Assembly: GCA_027474245.1 (NCBI GenBank)
Contig: CM049887.1
Location: 20,687,762 to 20,751,761 of the forward strand
From: Spheniscus humboldti
Taxonomy: Eukaryota
Reading direction: 5' to 3'
DNA length: 64,000 bases
A program made the position numbers and the translations under genes. The stretch's first letter is position 1; every line of letters begins with the position of its first letter. Shown piece by piece: positions 51,244-62,925 of this stretch. The notes below the pieces were generated by a model. The model had not been told where the DNA came from. It did no database searches and saw nothing but the letters and a program-made list of their open reading frames with translations.

Positions 51244-52024
51244 GTAGCCTTTCCCTTATACTGAGTAGCAGTATTAGAAACCTAATAATTACATAACTTA
51301 ATATTTTCCTGTCTTAGCACTGATTATCTAAGATTTGGATGTGGTTTGCTTTTTGAATAAAGAAGAAATGGGATGGTGGCTGTGATTTGTTTTATAAAGG
51401 CTTTTTTTTCTAAGGATTATGCTACATACTAGTAAAGCAGAAACCATGCTATAGAAAGAAAGAATATTTATAGGATGAATTATAAAATACTGGACAGATG
51501 ATAGAGGTTTTTCTTATTTCACTGAATGCTTTTTTCCTTGGCTCAGAATTTGAGATTAATTAAATCTCATGAAAATGCACAGGAGGTCTCTCTTTTCTAG
51601 ACTGTAGAAAAGAAAGAGAACCAGGGTATTCGCCTGTGCATTTGTTTGTGTGCTGTCTATACTGTGAAGAAAAAATAATCATGTTTGTAATACCTATTCC
51701 CTGAATGAATATAAAAAGCCCAATTTGCAGATGAAGTATGGATTTTCCTTTGTTCTGCTAAGACAGGTGTCATATTTCCAGAACTCATGATCCTTCTCAG
51801 TTTTGAAGTTTTGGGGTTATATTTTTGAATTCTTCCTGTTGTATGGATCCAGAGATGAATAACCATTTCTTTTTACTGTTGACTGTAATGGAGATTCTTT
51901 TTTCCCTGACAGTACAGGCAGTTTCAAAAAAATCAAAGCTCAGTAAAGGGAAGGGTTTGTGGTTAAGCTCAGGAGATGCCAACTTCTGTTGTACTAAAGG
52001 AGATTATAATTTGTTCTATGTTAG

Positions 52025-52115
52025 ACCAACAGGTGGAAGCACGCAGTGGACAGCAACAGTGTGTGAATGTTTATCCTATTACTTAACGGGGGCACAAGTA
52101 AAAATAATGATACAG
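52025..52115 (+). CDS. RNF17: RNF17 exon (RPTGGSTQWTATVCECLSYYLTGAQVKIMIQ)
   Basis: Acceptor TATGTTAG| and donor CAG|GTTTGT. It aligns to human [31 protein letters not shown]. Confidence 0.85.
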
Positions 52116-52968
52116 GTTTGTAATCAAAATTTACAAATACCAGCGGTATTTGTAAAATTTCTGTCAGGTTGTCTGTTAATTTAATTTTTTTCTGAATATT
52201 TTGACTCTTCAAAAAAGTCTGAGGTGGAACTTGCTTAGATTGCTATTTGCTGTAAGGAAAAAGATGCTTTTTCTTTTTTCTGCTTTATTTTCATTATTCA
52301 CTGGAGCGTTAGAGCAGTTTGGCTACCCAGTGTGGAAAGAACACAGTCTTAGATATATTTAGTTACTGAAGAATAATATTTACATCTTTGGGATCACTTG
52401 ATGCTGACAGCTTTTATGGACAGATGAGCAAGATGCTCATGTTCTCGATGAGAATAACTTCAGCCACTATTACATTAGTTTTCAAGCCTCAGAAACTGAA
52501 AGAACAAGTCCGATGTTGTACGAACTTCATTAGTGATTTCTTCCACTAGTAAAAAAAAAAGGGAATTATTATGAGGGTTTGATTTGTTTAGTGTATGCTG
52601 GCAGCTGCAGTGAGGTTTTACAATGTGTCTGGAAATAAAAGCACTGATCAGCAAAGTTATTTATGAGTGGGTTTGAAGCTCCTGCTAGAAGAAAATAAGT
52701 ATTTGGCAGTTCATTCTAATAAAACAGCTAAGGGAAGAAGCAAGGTTTTATTCTGCTACCTTTTTTTAATGTCATGTTTAGAACAGTTGGTAAAATGATG
52801 GGAACTGTGACATGGATTAAATTAAATTTTGTGTCTTCTGATGTGGGCATCAGTTGTTCAACAACATCTGATTTGCAGTCAGTACCAATAAAATGAAAAA
52901 TATGCCTTTAGTTTAGAGGAAATGTATATTGTAATGTGTTGTCCAGCGCGCTCTTTTTTTTTTTCCAG

Positions 52969-53084
52969 GAAAGTGATGTGGCTTGTGCATTGCCTGTGAA
53001 AATCCTTTGCAAAGATGAAACAGGACAATTGATTGATATTTCAGAACACCTTATTAAAAAGGGCTTGGCTTTTAGAAACAGAAG
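52969..53084 (+). CDS. RNF17: RNF17 exon (ESDVACALPVKILCKDETGQLIDISEHLIKKGLAFRNR)
   Basis: Acceptor T11CCAG| and donor GAAG|GTTTGG. It aligns to human ..[37 protein letters not shown]. Confidence 0.85.
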
Positions 53085-53406
53085 GTTTGGATACTTTCAT
53101 TTTTATATTCTTTCAGACTCTCATATTCACATCTTGATAAGCTAGTAAGTAAAACAAAAACTTGGATTGTCCTTTACAACATGTAGCATCAGAACTCCAT
53201 CTTCAGTGAACTTATTTAACATTATTAATTGTATCCACTGCACGTTTCAGTTCTCTTAAGTTGGTAGATGAGATGATTGACAATATTTTAACAAGCATTT
53301 GCCATCTTTGTGTGTTTGGTTTTTTACTTGCTATTATTTTATTCTTCTGCATTTTCCAAGTTCTTTATCAGTTAATATGTTGATGTGATTTGATTGAATC
53401 TGCTAG

Positions 53407-53711
53407 AACTGATAAAGCTGGTGTGGCTTGCTCAGTCTCCAAGGAACATCTTAAAGTACATTTAGAGCAAGAGAACACACAACTGGATGGTTGTAATTCA
53501 GAAACACGTGCAAAAACCAGCGCTGCTCCAGAAGAAAACATCACTGTTTCAGAGAGTGAACAAAAATCATTGAAAACATATAAGGCACTGCTTCATTCAG
53601 GAATGGATGAAATATATAAATCCCCCATTATACCTGAAGCGAAAATTTTTCAAGCTGTAGTAAGTTGCGTTGGACGTGATGGAACTATTTATATAATACC
53701 AAAATCATTTG
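53407..53711 (+). CDS. RNF17: RNF17 exon, linker plus start of Tudor 4 (RTDKAGVACSVSKEHLKVHLEQENTQ...PIIPEAKIFQAVVSCVGRDGTIYIIPKSF)
   Basis: Acceptor TCTGCTAG| and donor TTTG|GTAAGA. It aligns to human ..LEVPLEQEDSV...[30 protein letters not shown]. It is the largest exon in the window, at 305 nt. Confidence 0.85.
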
Positions 53712-54960
53712 GTAAGATTACATAGAAGAAAATATGTTTATGTCTATGAATGTGATAGGTTTGGTATATCAAAAGACACCAGATACATGGTCCAGTATAC
53801 ATGTTCTGTATCAGATCACAATTCTGGAATATTCCTGTTGGGAGGATTGCTGTTGGGAGGGAATGAGGCCTTTGGCCTTGGGGGGCGAGGGGTGCGTGCC
53901 CGTACACCCCTTTCTCTGCAGCAGTGGGGAGAGGTCCCGCAGCTTCCCGGCAGAGGAAACCCAAATCCCCAGGAGGTGGTGCCCTGTCCTTAAGCCCATC
54001 AAAACCAGCTCTCCTGTCCTTCCACCTGCCCAAGAAACCAAAAAACCCCAAGCACTTGGATGGGCAGGTTACCTGCCTCTCTTCTCTAGGCAGTATTGGG
54101 TAAAGCAGCAAGTGCTTTATTTTACAATGTTGAGATTGTGATACATTTTACTAATAATAACGAAGATACAGTCCTAAAGATTCTTAGAAATTAGCCTGGT
54201 TCTCAAATATTACTGGATTTTTTTCCTTCAGTGTGAGCTCAGTACCCAGTTTCCTTGGGCTCTTTATTTGTACTATGATAGATTAAGAAATATTCTCTTA
54301 ATATTTTCTGTTTATACTGTCCGAAAGAGGTACATTTGCATCAGAGGTACACTGCACAGATGCAGTGTCAGTCTTCAGTACCATGATCATATATTGTGCT
54401 TTAGAGAAATGTTTCCATATGAGAACATTTTATTTTTTTTTTTTACTCTACAAGTGCATTCAACTTAGATCATATCATGAAACTTTGAAATTCAAAGTAC
54501 AGTAACCCCACTTGCCCAAGACTGTATTCTTCTTCCAGTTGTTGCTGTAGACCGTACCCATAGCAGAAGAGGGTCTTCCGGACACCTGTTTTGTGTTATT
54601 TTATGGTGTCCTACCACTGTCTCTGGGAATCTGTTGTCTTGTTCAGGGGGAGGCTTTTGTGTTAGTGCTGCCAAGGTGTCAACTGCAAAATTTATAGACC
54701 CTTCTTCACTGAGATTAGAATCCAGAATTACTAATGGCTTCACAACGGGAAGTGCAGTTTACTTTTTGTTTAAGAAGTAACTTGTTTGCATATACTAGAA
54801 GTTGAACATACATATTCTATCAGTATTGGAAAACATTGTTTTGGAGCAGCACATGTATTTTATGTTTATACATGTCTGCATCTGAATCTGCTGGGTTTTA
54901 GTGATTGAAATAGTTTGTGCTAATATGTTACAGGCTATTTTGAATTTTTTGTATTCTGCC

Positions 54961-54972
54961 CCCCCCCCCCCC
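54961..54972 (+). repeat. RNF17: C12 homopolymer forming the polypyrimidine tract of the exon-54975 acceptor
   Basis: TTCTGCCCCCCCCCCCCCAG|AAATCG. Confidence 0.9.
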
Positions 54973-54974
54973 AG

Positions 54975-55138
54975 AAATCGAACTAAACAAATTGATGACT
55001 GAAATACAAAGTAACTTCAAATGCCTTGGTCTTCTGGAACCCTACTGCTGGAAAAAGGGAGAAGCTTGTGTTGTAAGAGGATCAGATACCATGTGGTATC
55101 GAGGTAAAGTTGTAGAACCTGGTGGTAGTACTCTCCAG
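54975..55138 (+). CDS. RNF17: RNF17 exon, Tudor 4 ([55 protein letters not shown])
   Basis: The acceptor is preceded by a C12 homopolymer (54961-54972), and the donor is CAG|GTAAGT. It is near-identical to human [55 protein letters not shown]. Confidence 0.9.
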
Positions 55139-55155
55139 GTAAGTTTGATTATATG

Positions 55156-55170
55156 GTGTGTGTGTGTGTG
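55156..55170. repeat. (GT)n dinucleotide microsatellite, ~8 units, 18 nt downstream of the exon-55138 donor
   Basis: GGTGTGTGTGTGTGTGCATG. Confidence 0.85.
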
Positions 55171-55961
55171 CATGAACATGTGCACATGTATGTAAAAAAA
55201 AGGGGGGGGAGGGGCGAATAATCTAATCCTCTAAAATAAACTTATGATCACACCTACTTTTGTTCAGCTGACCTGACTGTCCAGATGCTCATTCTGCTTA
55301 AAAGTGTGATAACTGTCCTGATTTTTACGTTTATTTTAAAGATGAATTCTGTCTGCCTATTTCAGTTGTCACAATTTTTCCCATAGTTTTCCTCATGATG
55401 ATAAATGTTCTTAAGTAAAAAGCTACCCTTGATCACCTGTAAGTAATCCCTTTTAGGTTTTTTCTTCTTTTGTTGTTGTTGTTATTGTATGTGGAATGCT
55501 TTGAAAATACTTAAGTTAACTTCCCCCCACTCTAGCTCCACCCAGAAAGTAATGACTGTTTGGTTTAAATTCTTTCTGCTGCACAGGTATAGAGCTACTT
55601 TTTCTAATTAGCAGTTAATCTTATGTAAACTCTTGAGTCTGCTCATGCTTTTTGAATGTAGATTTGCAAGTCTGACACTGTCCTAGTTCACAAATGTTTT
55701 ATTTCTTTCAATTTTAAACTGCTGTAGGTTATTACACAAAAGGTAGGTTCTCTTGCAAGACAAGTTTAGAAACCGAACTTCTAATCTGCCATACCAGTTC
55801 TTGAATCCTTTCCTTCATTTCCCCTTTGTCACATCACCTACTTATCAGCAAACCGTTATTTTTTCCTCCAGAAAAGTGAATGCTGTAAATGGATGCTTTC
55901 TCTTATTAAACTTGACTTGAAAAACAGGAATTATTTCAGGAAAGCTTTTCTTTTCATACAG

Positions 55962-56081
55962 GTACAGTACATAGACCATGGTTGCATAGAGAGGATTCCT
56001 CAGTGTCATCTGTATCCAACTACATTGTATACTGCTGTTCCTCCGTTTTGCATACCATGTCAGCTCTACAAGACAGTACCA
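55962..56081 (+). CDS. RNF17: RNF17 exon, Tudor 4 ([40 protein letters not shown])
   Basis: Acceptor TTTTCATACAG| and donor CCA|GTGAGT. It aligns to human [40 protein letters not shown]. Confidence 0.9.
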
Positions 56082-57142
56082 GTGAGTAATGGGAAATTTG
56101 AAGACGTTTTAGTAGGTAGTTACTCAAATCGATACACTGGTCATACAAAGGTTGAGACTAGTTGCTGGTATTTTTTCTTGCCTATGAGGATTTAGAGAGT
56201 AGCTGATGAGGATCATTTCACCAAGGCAGCCTTTTATCAGGAAATGCCAGATTGCTTTATGAAGTGACCATGCTTCTAAAGCAGCTGTCATTGGAATTAA
56301 ATCTTTGTAAGACAGGACACTGCAGTAGTTGGCAGGATGATACTCTGAAGTGGTAGTTTGTTGTGCAATAGCAGCAACAAGAAGTAAGGCCTGGATTTCT
56401 TAATGCAAAATGGCCAGAAAATTGTAAATCTTCAAGTCCTGCAAAAGTGTTTCTATCATTCTGAACTTAGCTGTGTGGGAAACACTCTGTTATGCTAAAC
56501 TAATACAAGTGAATTGTTTTAGGGGGTTTTTTTAGTAAGTAATTGATACCTGAATAACATCTTCACATATCATCGCATCTTATTCAAATTTGAATGCTGC
56601 GTTTAGTAAATGTGAATTACTGGAATGACTAGCTTACTTTTAAACTTATTTTTAAATAAAACCTTTTTATTGCTCGAAGCAGTTCAACTGATAGAATAAG
56701 AAAGACAGGCTTATAAGCCTGCGGGTTGGGAAGCAAACAGATACTGCAGGGAATAAAAGTAGTATTTAAAGTATCCTGTGTTTTCTGATGTCTGTTAAGT
56801 TATCTTCAAGTGTAATTCTGTATCTTTGGGTTATGCTTCAGGTAATTGTGCACACATACATTATTATGTATATAGTAAAGATTAGACTTGGCAAGCAGCA
56901 TCTCTTTCTAAGCCACTTCAAGATCTTGAAATTGTTGGTCGGCTTTGTCACACAGTAAGTTTTAGTGTACCAAATAGCAGATAATGTTTAAACTGTTGTA
57001 GACAAATCAAACTAATGCTGTGTGTTTTCAAATAAGTTTTTCAATGATAGGCACATGTTTTCATCTTACTATGTTAAGAATAGTAAGACTATTACTTGTC
57101 AGCATCTTAATGTGTGGGGGTTTCTTGCTTTTCACCAAATAG

Positions 57143-57223
57143 ATTGGAAATTTTTGGCAGCAGGATGCAGTAGATTGCCTTCAAGAACTACTTACAAATG
57201 AAGAGGTTGAAATACATGTTCAG
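57143..57223 (+). CDS. RNF17: RNF17 exon (IGNFWQQDAVDCLQELLTNEEVEIHVQ)
   Basis: Acceptor CACCAAATAG| and donor CAG|GTAGCT. It aligns to human [27 protein letters not shown]. Confidence 0.85.
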
Positions 57224-57880
57224 GTAGCTTAATTTATTCATAGATGTGGAATGAGGCTTACTTTTTGTTCTCTTTTTTTTTTTTTTCCTTGCATTAAGAA
57301 TCACAGGTGAAGGAGTATAGCAGTAAATATATTTCTTAGACAAAACAAAATCCAAAGCTATAGTTGTTTCTCCTGTGACTTTACCTTTATTATATTTTTC
57401 AGGCCTTAAGCATGTCCTTTAGAGGTATTAATATTTTTTGGTCCTGTTTGTATTCTTTGTTGTCATTCTGAGAAGCAACCTATCTACTAACAGCATAAAT
57501 TCTTCTAAATTCAATTTTAAGTTACTAAAATCTGGCATAATTAAGTATGGACATGCTTAAATTAATATATTAACATTATTGGGAAACACATAATCTGTAT
57601 TTTCTGAAAACCTGCAGTTTCAGATAGTTTAATTTCTAATGATAAATTGTGAAAGAGAAGGGTTTATTGTTAAGTGAGTAAACATGGGATAATGTGCTGC
57701 CATTTCAGAGATATATTCCCATTTGTGTCATAACTGATGTTAATAGCCACCCTTACTGGTTTTGTATCTTTGATGAATATGGTGCATATAGGAATGACAG
57801 GTTTGAATTTCCTGGTCACTATTTCTAAAATCTCAGTCACGCTATTACTGTTAGAATCTTATTTTGTCTTGTGTAAGTAG

Positions 57881-58006
57881 GAATTGCCAGATAACCCATG
57901 GGGCAAATTGTCCATCAGCCTGTATTTTGGTGGAATGTCGCTTTCTTCTTTCATGGCATACCAGAAGTACTGTGTTGCTGAAGATTGTCAGGACATATCA
58001 GAGCTG
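57881..58006 (+). CDS. RNF17: RNF17 exon ([42 protein letters not shown])
   Basis: Acceptor GTGTAAGTAG| and donor CTG|GTGAGA. It aligns to human [40 protein letters not shown]. This is the last exon I could place; the gene continues past the window. Confidence 0.85.
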
Positions 58007-60419
58007 GTGAGATTTTTTGTGCGTGTGTGCGTGTCTTTTGCTGTTGTTATTCTGACATTAAAAAGATTACTCAGTTGCTTGTTGTGACCTTTGAGGATTT
58101 ATTTCTTTTTGTATTTCTGTACAGTTTTGTGATATAAACAGCAGTAAGACTAAGTACACAGCTCTGTAGTGTAACAAGTGTAGATACAATGTGTTGATAA
58201 GATTGTATGGAATAGCAAATTGCCAAGAGTTTGTTCTTGGACTCCTTACTGAAAAGAGATTTTTGCATTTCTATTTAAAGTCCAATTAGTTTTTGTGTTC
58301 CTCTAAAATTTAAAAGGACAGGAATAGGTAATGTTTTTATCACTTGAAGGGATTACTTAATCATAGAAATATATCCAAGGATGGAGATACTCAAAAGTAA
58401 AGTTAATCAAGTATTTCAACATAAACCTAGTGATTTCTAAGGGAGTTACCTAGGTTCTTCATTCCAAGTGTCTGGGATATTCATGTGGTGCTGGTGTTCT
58501 TTAGAGGAGGATTGAAATTTTCACCAAACTTCATTGTCTTACCACAAAAAAAATTAGATAAGTAATTTCTCTGTTGTTTTTTTTTTTTTTTCCTTGAAAT
58601 CTGAGGATCAGGTTTCTGTAAATTACTAAGGCTTTGTTGTTGTGTTTTTCTCTTTAATTCTGTTTAAGCCTGCCAATGTATTTTTCTTTCCAACATGAGT
58701 TTCTGCTTCAGAAAATAATTTTACAATACAGAGTACGCTGCTGCCACTGCTGATGTAAGTCTTGGCATGTATACCAGCGGACTTGTGATGCAGTTACAAA
58801 AATCTCTCAGTGTGTATTAGAACTGAGTAACCATGGAAAACCTAACTGTAAATCAGTGTCTTCTTGCATTTTCATAAAGTCAGCACATGACACACAACTT
58901 CCAGTGAACTAAATATGGATCTTGAAATGAGATTGTACCCTTAAAAGAAAAATGAAATTTGGAAAACAAAAATAAAGCCATGTAAGAAGGTTGTAAGCAA
59001 GAAGCATTGAGGAAAACCTGGAATGCTTTCAGCAAGGAATATAGCATTAAGCAGATCCATTCCAGGAATAAGTGGCTCAGAACAATTCATAAGACAATGA
59101 ATATTGGAGGTGTTCAGATGTGGACCAGAAAAGGAGCAAGGGGTCCAGAGCTCAAGCTGGTTCCAGGAGCAGAACCTCTGGAATAGCAGAAGTAGGAAGC
59201 ATGCAGCTCTGAGAACATTGAAACATAATCAGCTCTGGGTTTAGCTGTAGAGGCTAAGCAGCCATCCTCACAAGCCAACTGATACACTGCATTGACTAAA
59301 GGATACTATTATTATACAAAGTATAGCCATTATATATTTTATTATTTTATAGTTTTGTAACTTTATTTCATTACTTCAGATCTGTGTTTTCAGGTAAGTA
59401 ATCTGATAAGGACTGTATTCTGTTTCTGTGAGTGTTGTAATTCTGTTAATAGTGGTAATAAGCTGCTTATGCAGAGCCCACTACACCTGTGTCTTGCTGC
59501 AGAGTGTATTATTGTCTTTGAGATGCAGTTCTGCTGAGCTGCGCAGGTGAGTTTAGGAGCTGGCCTTGGTTACCATATGACAATCCTAGCTTAGTCATTA
59601 GCTAGAAAATTCCCTAGTGGACAGTAGGATATTGGAGAGTATACCAGAACCCCAAATGTGGTGAGCTTACAGCAATGAATCTCATTCTAGGTGTATGTGT
59701 ACATATATGTGTGTTCATGTGTATACACATACGCACTTGCATACTTACCTATATATACAACACCATTATACTGTGGTATTTTTTGATTCGGCTTTTTGGG
59801 AGATGGGGTTGTTTGTTTGTTTTCGTTTGTTTCTCTGCCACTGTGAGTCAGAACCAAGTAGGCAGGTGCTGCCTTGTGCTCACACATTCAGGCATGGGGG
59901 ACTATGACCTTGCTTCATTTGACAGACAAGTTTTTAATCTCTTCATTCTGAGCTCAGGCTTAACTAACAATAATTTTTAGAATTACTTTTTCTACAGCAG
60001 TTGACTACAAAGCATTTCCAAACATCTGAACCAAAATCAGTTAAAAATTCCTTATACAGGCTATTTTTTTGTATTTAACTGCATTGCATATCAGCCCCTT
60101 TACAGTGAGGTACTTGAAGTCTTCAGTTTTTAAGCTCATAATCTAAGCGAACACTTGGCCAGACTGCTCCACCTTAATCCACCCCGGGAAATGCCAGTGC
60201 TGTTTTTTTGGAATATATTAGTTTGGGTCAGAGGAGAGATGCACTTCAAACTGCTGTTGACATACCAGCCATATTCATTCAATTAGCACCTGCCTTCTGA
60301 ATGACAGCAAAGACAATGCTGAAAAGACTTCATGCAAAGCCATTTTGTAGTCATCTGAACACTTTCAGCATCACCAGGAGCTGTTCAACCTGCCAGCAAT
60401 TCTAGAGAGAGATCACTGT

Positions 60420-62925
60420 CTTTTCAAGCAGAGAAATCTTTAGGCAGAAGCAGCAGCGTACAAAGGGCTAATTCCTCCTCCTCTGATTTCAACTTCCTGG
60501 ACATCTGCTGGAAATACAACACAGCAGAGAGGAAGCAGGCTAGGAGGTTCCTGGGGTGTGTGGAAGACAACTTCCTGACGCAGCTGGGAAGTGAGCCTAC
60601 CAGGGGAGGTGCCTCGCTTGATCTACTGTTTACAAACAGAGAAGGACTGGTGGGAGATGTGGTGGTTGGAGGTCATCTTGGGCTTAGCAACCATGAAATG
60701 GTAGAATTCTCGATTCTTGGTGAAGTAAGGAAGGGGGCCAGCGAAACCGCAACCATGGACTTCCGTAGGGCGGACTTTGGCCTGTTCAGGACGCTGGTTG
60801 AGAGAGTCCCTTGGGAGACGGTCCTGAAGGGCAAAGGGGTCCAGGAAGGCTGGACATTCTTCAAGAAGGAAGTCTTAAAGGCGCAGGAGCAGGCTGTCCC
60901 CATACACCGTAAGAAGAACAGGCAGGAAAGGCGACCGGCCTGGCTGAACGGGGAGCTCTTGCTGGGACTCAGGAAAAACAGGAGAGTTTACCACTTGTGG
61001 AAGAAGGGGCAGGCGACCCAAGAAGAGTACAGGGATCTCGTTAGGTCGTGCAGAGAGGAAATGAGAAAGGCAAAAGCCCAGCTAGAATGCAGTCTGGCCG
61101 CTGTCGTTAAGGACAACAAAAAAAGTTTTTACAAATATATTAATGACAAGAAGAGAGCCAAGGAGACTCTCCATCCTTTATTGGATGCGGGGGGGAACAT
61201 TGTCACCGAGATTGAGGAAGAGGCTGAGGTACTCAATGCCTTCTTTGCCTCAGTCTTTAACAGGCAGACCAGTTATCCTCAGGGTACTCAGCCCCCTGAG
61301 CTGGAAGACAGGGACAGCGAGCAGGATTAACCCCCCATAATCCAAGAGGAAGCAGTTAACGACCTGCTACGCCAACAGGTTGCTCATAAGTCTATGGGGC
61401 CAGATGGGATCCACCCGAGAGTGCTGAGGGAGCTGGCGGAGGAGCTCACCAAGCCACTCTCCATCATTTATCAGCAGTCCTGGTTAACGGGGGAGGTCCC
61501 GGACGACTGGAGGCTTGCCAATGTGACGCCCATCTACAAGAAGGGCCGGAAGGAGGATCCGGGGAACTACAGGCCTGTCAGCCTGACCTGGGTGCCGGGG
61601 AAGATTATGGAGAGGTTCATCTTGAGGGTGCTCACAAGGCATGTGCGGGACAACCAGGGAATCAGGCCCAGCCAGCACAGGTTCATGAAAGGCAGGTCCT
61701 GCTTGACCAACCTGATCTCCTTCTATGACCAGGTGACCCGCCTGGTGGATGAGGGAGAGGCTGTGGATGTGGTCTACCTGGACTTCAGTAGGGCCTTTGA
61801 CACTGTCCCCCACAGCATTCTCCTAGAGAAGCTGGCGGCTCATGCCTTAGACAGGTGTACTCTGCGCTGGGTCAAAAACTGGCTGGACGGCCGGGCCCAG
61901 AGAGTTGTGGTGAATGGAGTTAAATCCAGTTGGCGGGCGGTCACGAGCGGTGTTCCCCAGGGCTCAGTTTTGGGGCCGGTCTTGTTCAATATCTTTATCA
62001 ATGACCTGGACGAGGGGATCGAGTGCACCCTCAGCAAGTTTGCAGATGACACCAAGTTGGGTGGGAGTGTTGATCTGCTTGACAGTAGGAAGGCTCTGCA
62101 GAGGGACCTGGACAGGCTGGATCGATGGGCCGAGGCCAACTGTATGAGGTTCAACAAGGCCAAGTGCCGGGTCCTGCACTTCGGCCACAACAACCCCATG
62201 CAGCGCTACAGGCTTGGGGAAGAGTGGCTGGAAAGCTGCCTGGCGGAAAAGGACCTGGGGGTGCTGGTTGACAGCCAGCTGAACATGAGCCAGCAGTGTG
62301 CCCAGGCGGCCAAGAAGGCCAATGGCATCTTGGCCTGTATCAGAAACAGTGTGGCCAGCAGGAGTAGGGAAGTGATCGTGCCCCTGTACTCGGCACTGGT
62401 GAGGCCGCACCTCGAATACTGTGTTCAGTTTTGGGCCCCTCACTACAAGAAGGACGTCGAGGTGCTGGAGCGTGTCCAGAGAAGGGCAACGAGGCTGGTG
62501 AGGGGTCTAGAGAACAAGTCTTATGAGGAGCAGCTGAGGGAACTGGGGTTGTTTAGCCTGGAGAAAAGGAGGCTGAGGGGAGACCTCATCGCTCTCTACA
62601 GCTACCTGACAGGAGGTTGTAGCAAGGTGGGTGTTGGTCTCTTCTCCCAAGTAACAAGCGATAGGACGAGAGGAAATGGCCTCAAGTTGTGCCAGGGGAG
62701 GTTTAGATTGGACGTGAGGAAAAATTTCTTTACTGAAAGAGTGGTTAAACATTGGAACAGGCTGCCCAGGGAAGTGGTTGAGTCACCATCCCTGGAAGTA
62801 TTTAAAAGACATGTAGATGAGGCGCTCAGGGACATGGTTTAGCGGGCATGGTGGTGTTGGGTTGACGGTTGGGCTCGATGATCTTAGAGGTCTCTTCCAA
62901 CCTTAATGATTCTATGATTCTGCAT
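60420..62925 (+). mobile_element. CR1 LINE, 5'-truncated (EN C-terminus, linker, full RT, 3'UTR), plus orientation, in an RNF17 intron
   Basis: A continuous frame runs from ~60360 to 62842. It encodes the CR1 ORF2 motifs (..SDFNFLDICWKYNTAERKQARRFLGCVEDNFLTQ..LDLLFTNREGLVGDVVVGGHLGLSNHEMVEFSI..) and is interrupted only by a single in-frame TAA at 61328-61330. The 3'UTR ends with the ATTCTATGATTCT repeat at ~62911-62925. The 5' boundary is approximate. Confidence 0.9.
61394..62842 (+). CDS. Intact 482-aa reverse-transcriptase plus C-terminal segment of CR1 ORF2 (pol-like)
   Basis: A 482-codon ORF with RT motifs ([16 protein letters not shown]; [13 protein letters not shown]; FADDTKL; the C-terminal [17 protein letters not shown]) and no internal stops. 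It lies in the same frame as the upstream EN-linker segment 60560-61330, separated from it only by the TAA at 61328. Confidence 0.85.
   Translation: MGPDGIHPRVLRELAEELTKPLSIIYQQSWLTGEVPDDWRLANVTPIYKKGRKEDPGNYRPVSLTWVPGKIMERFILRVLTRHVRDNQGIRPSQHRFMKGRSCLTNLISFYDQVTRLVDEGEAVDVVYLDFSRAFDTVPHSILLEKLAAHALDRCTLRWVKNWLDGRAQRVVVNGVKSSWRAVTSGVPQGSVLGPVLFNIFINDLDEGIECTLSKFADDTKLGGSVDLLDSRKALQRDLDRLDRWAEANCMRFNKAKCRVLHFGHNNPMQRYRLGEEWLESCLAEKDLGVLVDSQLNMSQQCAQAAKKANGILACIRNSVASRSREVIVPLYSALVRPHLEYCVQFWAPHYKKDVEVLERVQRRATRLVRGLENKSYEEQLRELGLFSLEKRRLRGDLIALYSYLTGGCSKVGVGLFSQVTSDRTRGNGLKLCQGRFRLDVRKNFFTERVVKHWNRLPREVVESPSLEVFKRHVDEALRDMV

Noticed and set aside
58650-58760. Possible next RNF17 exon after 58006 (acceptor TGTTTAAG|, donor TGTAAG|T)
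   Set aside because: All three frames contain stops within the candidate, and the one short open stretch shows no similarity to the expected ..[24 protein letters not shown].. segment. The next exon probably lies beyond the CR1 at 60420-62925 or outside the window.
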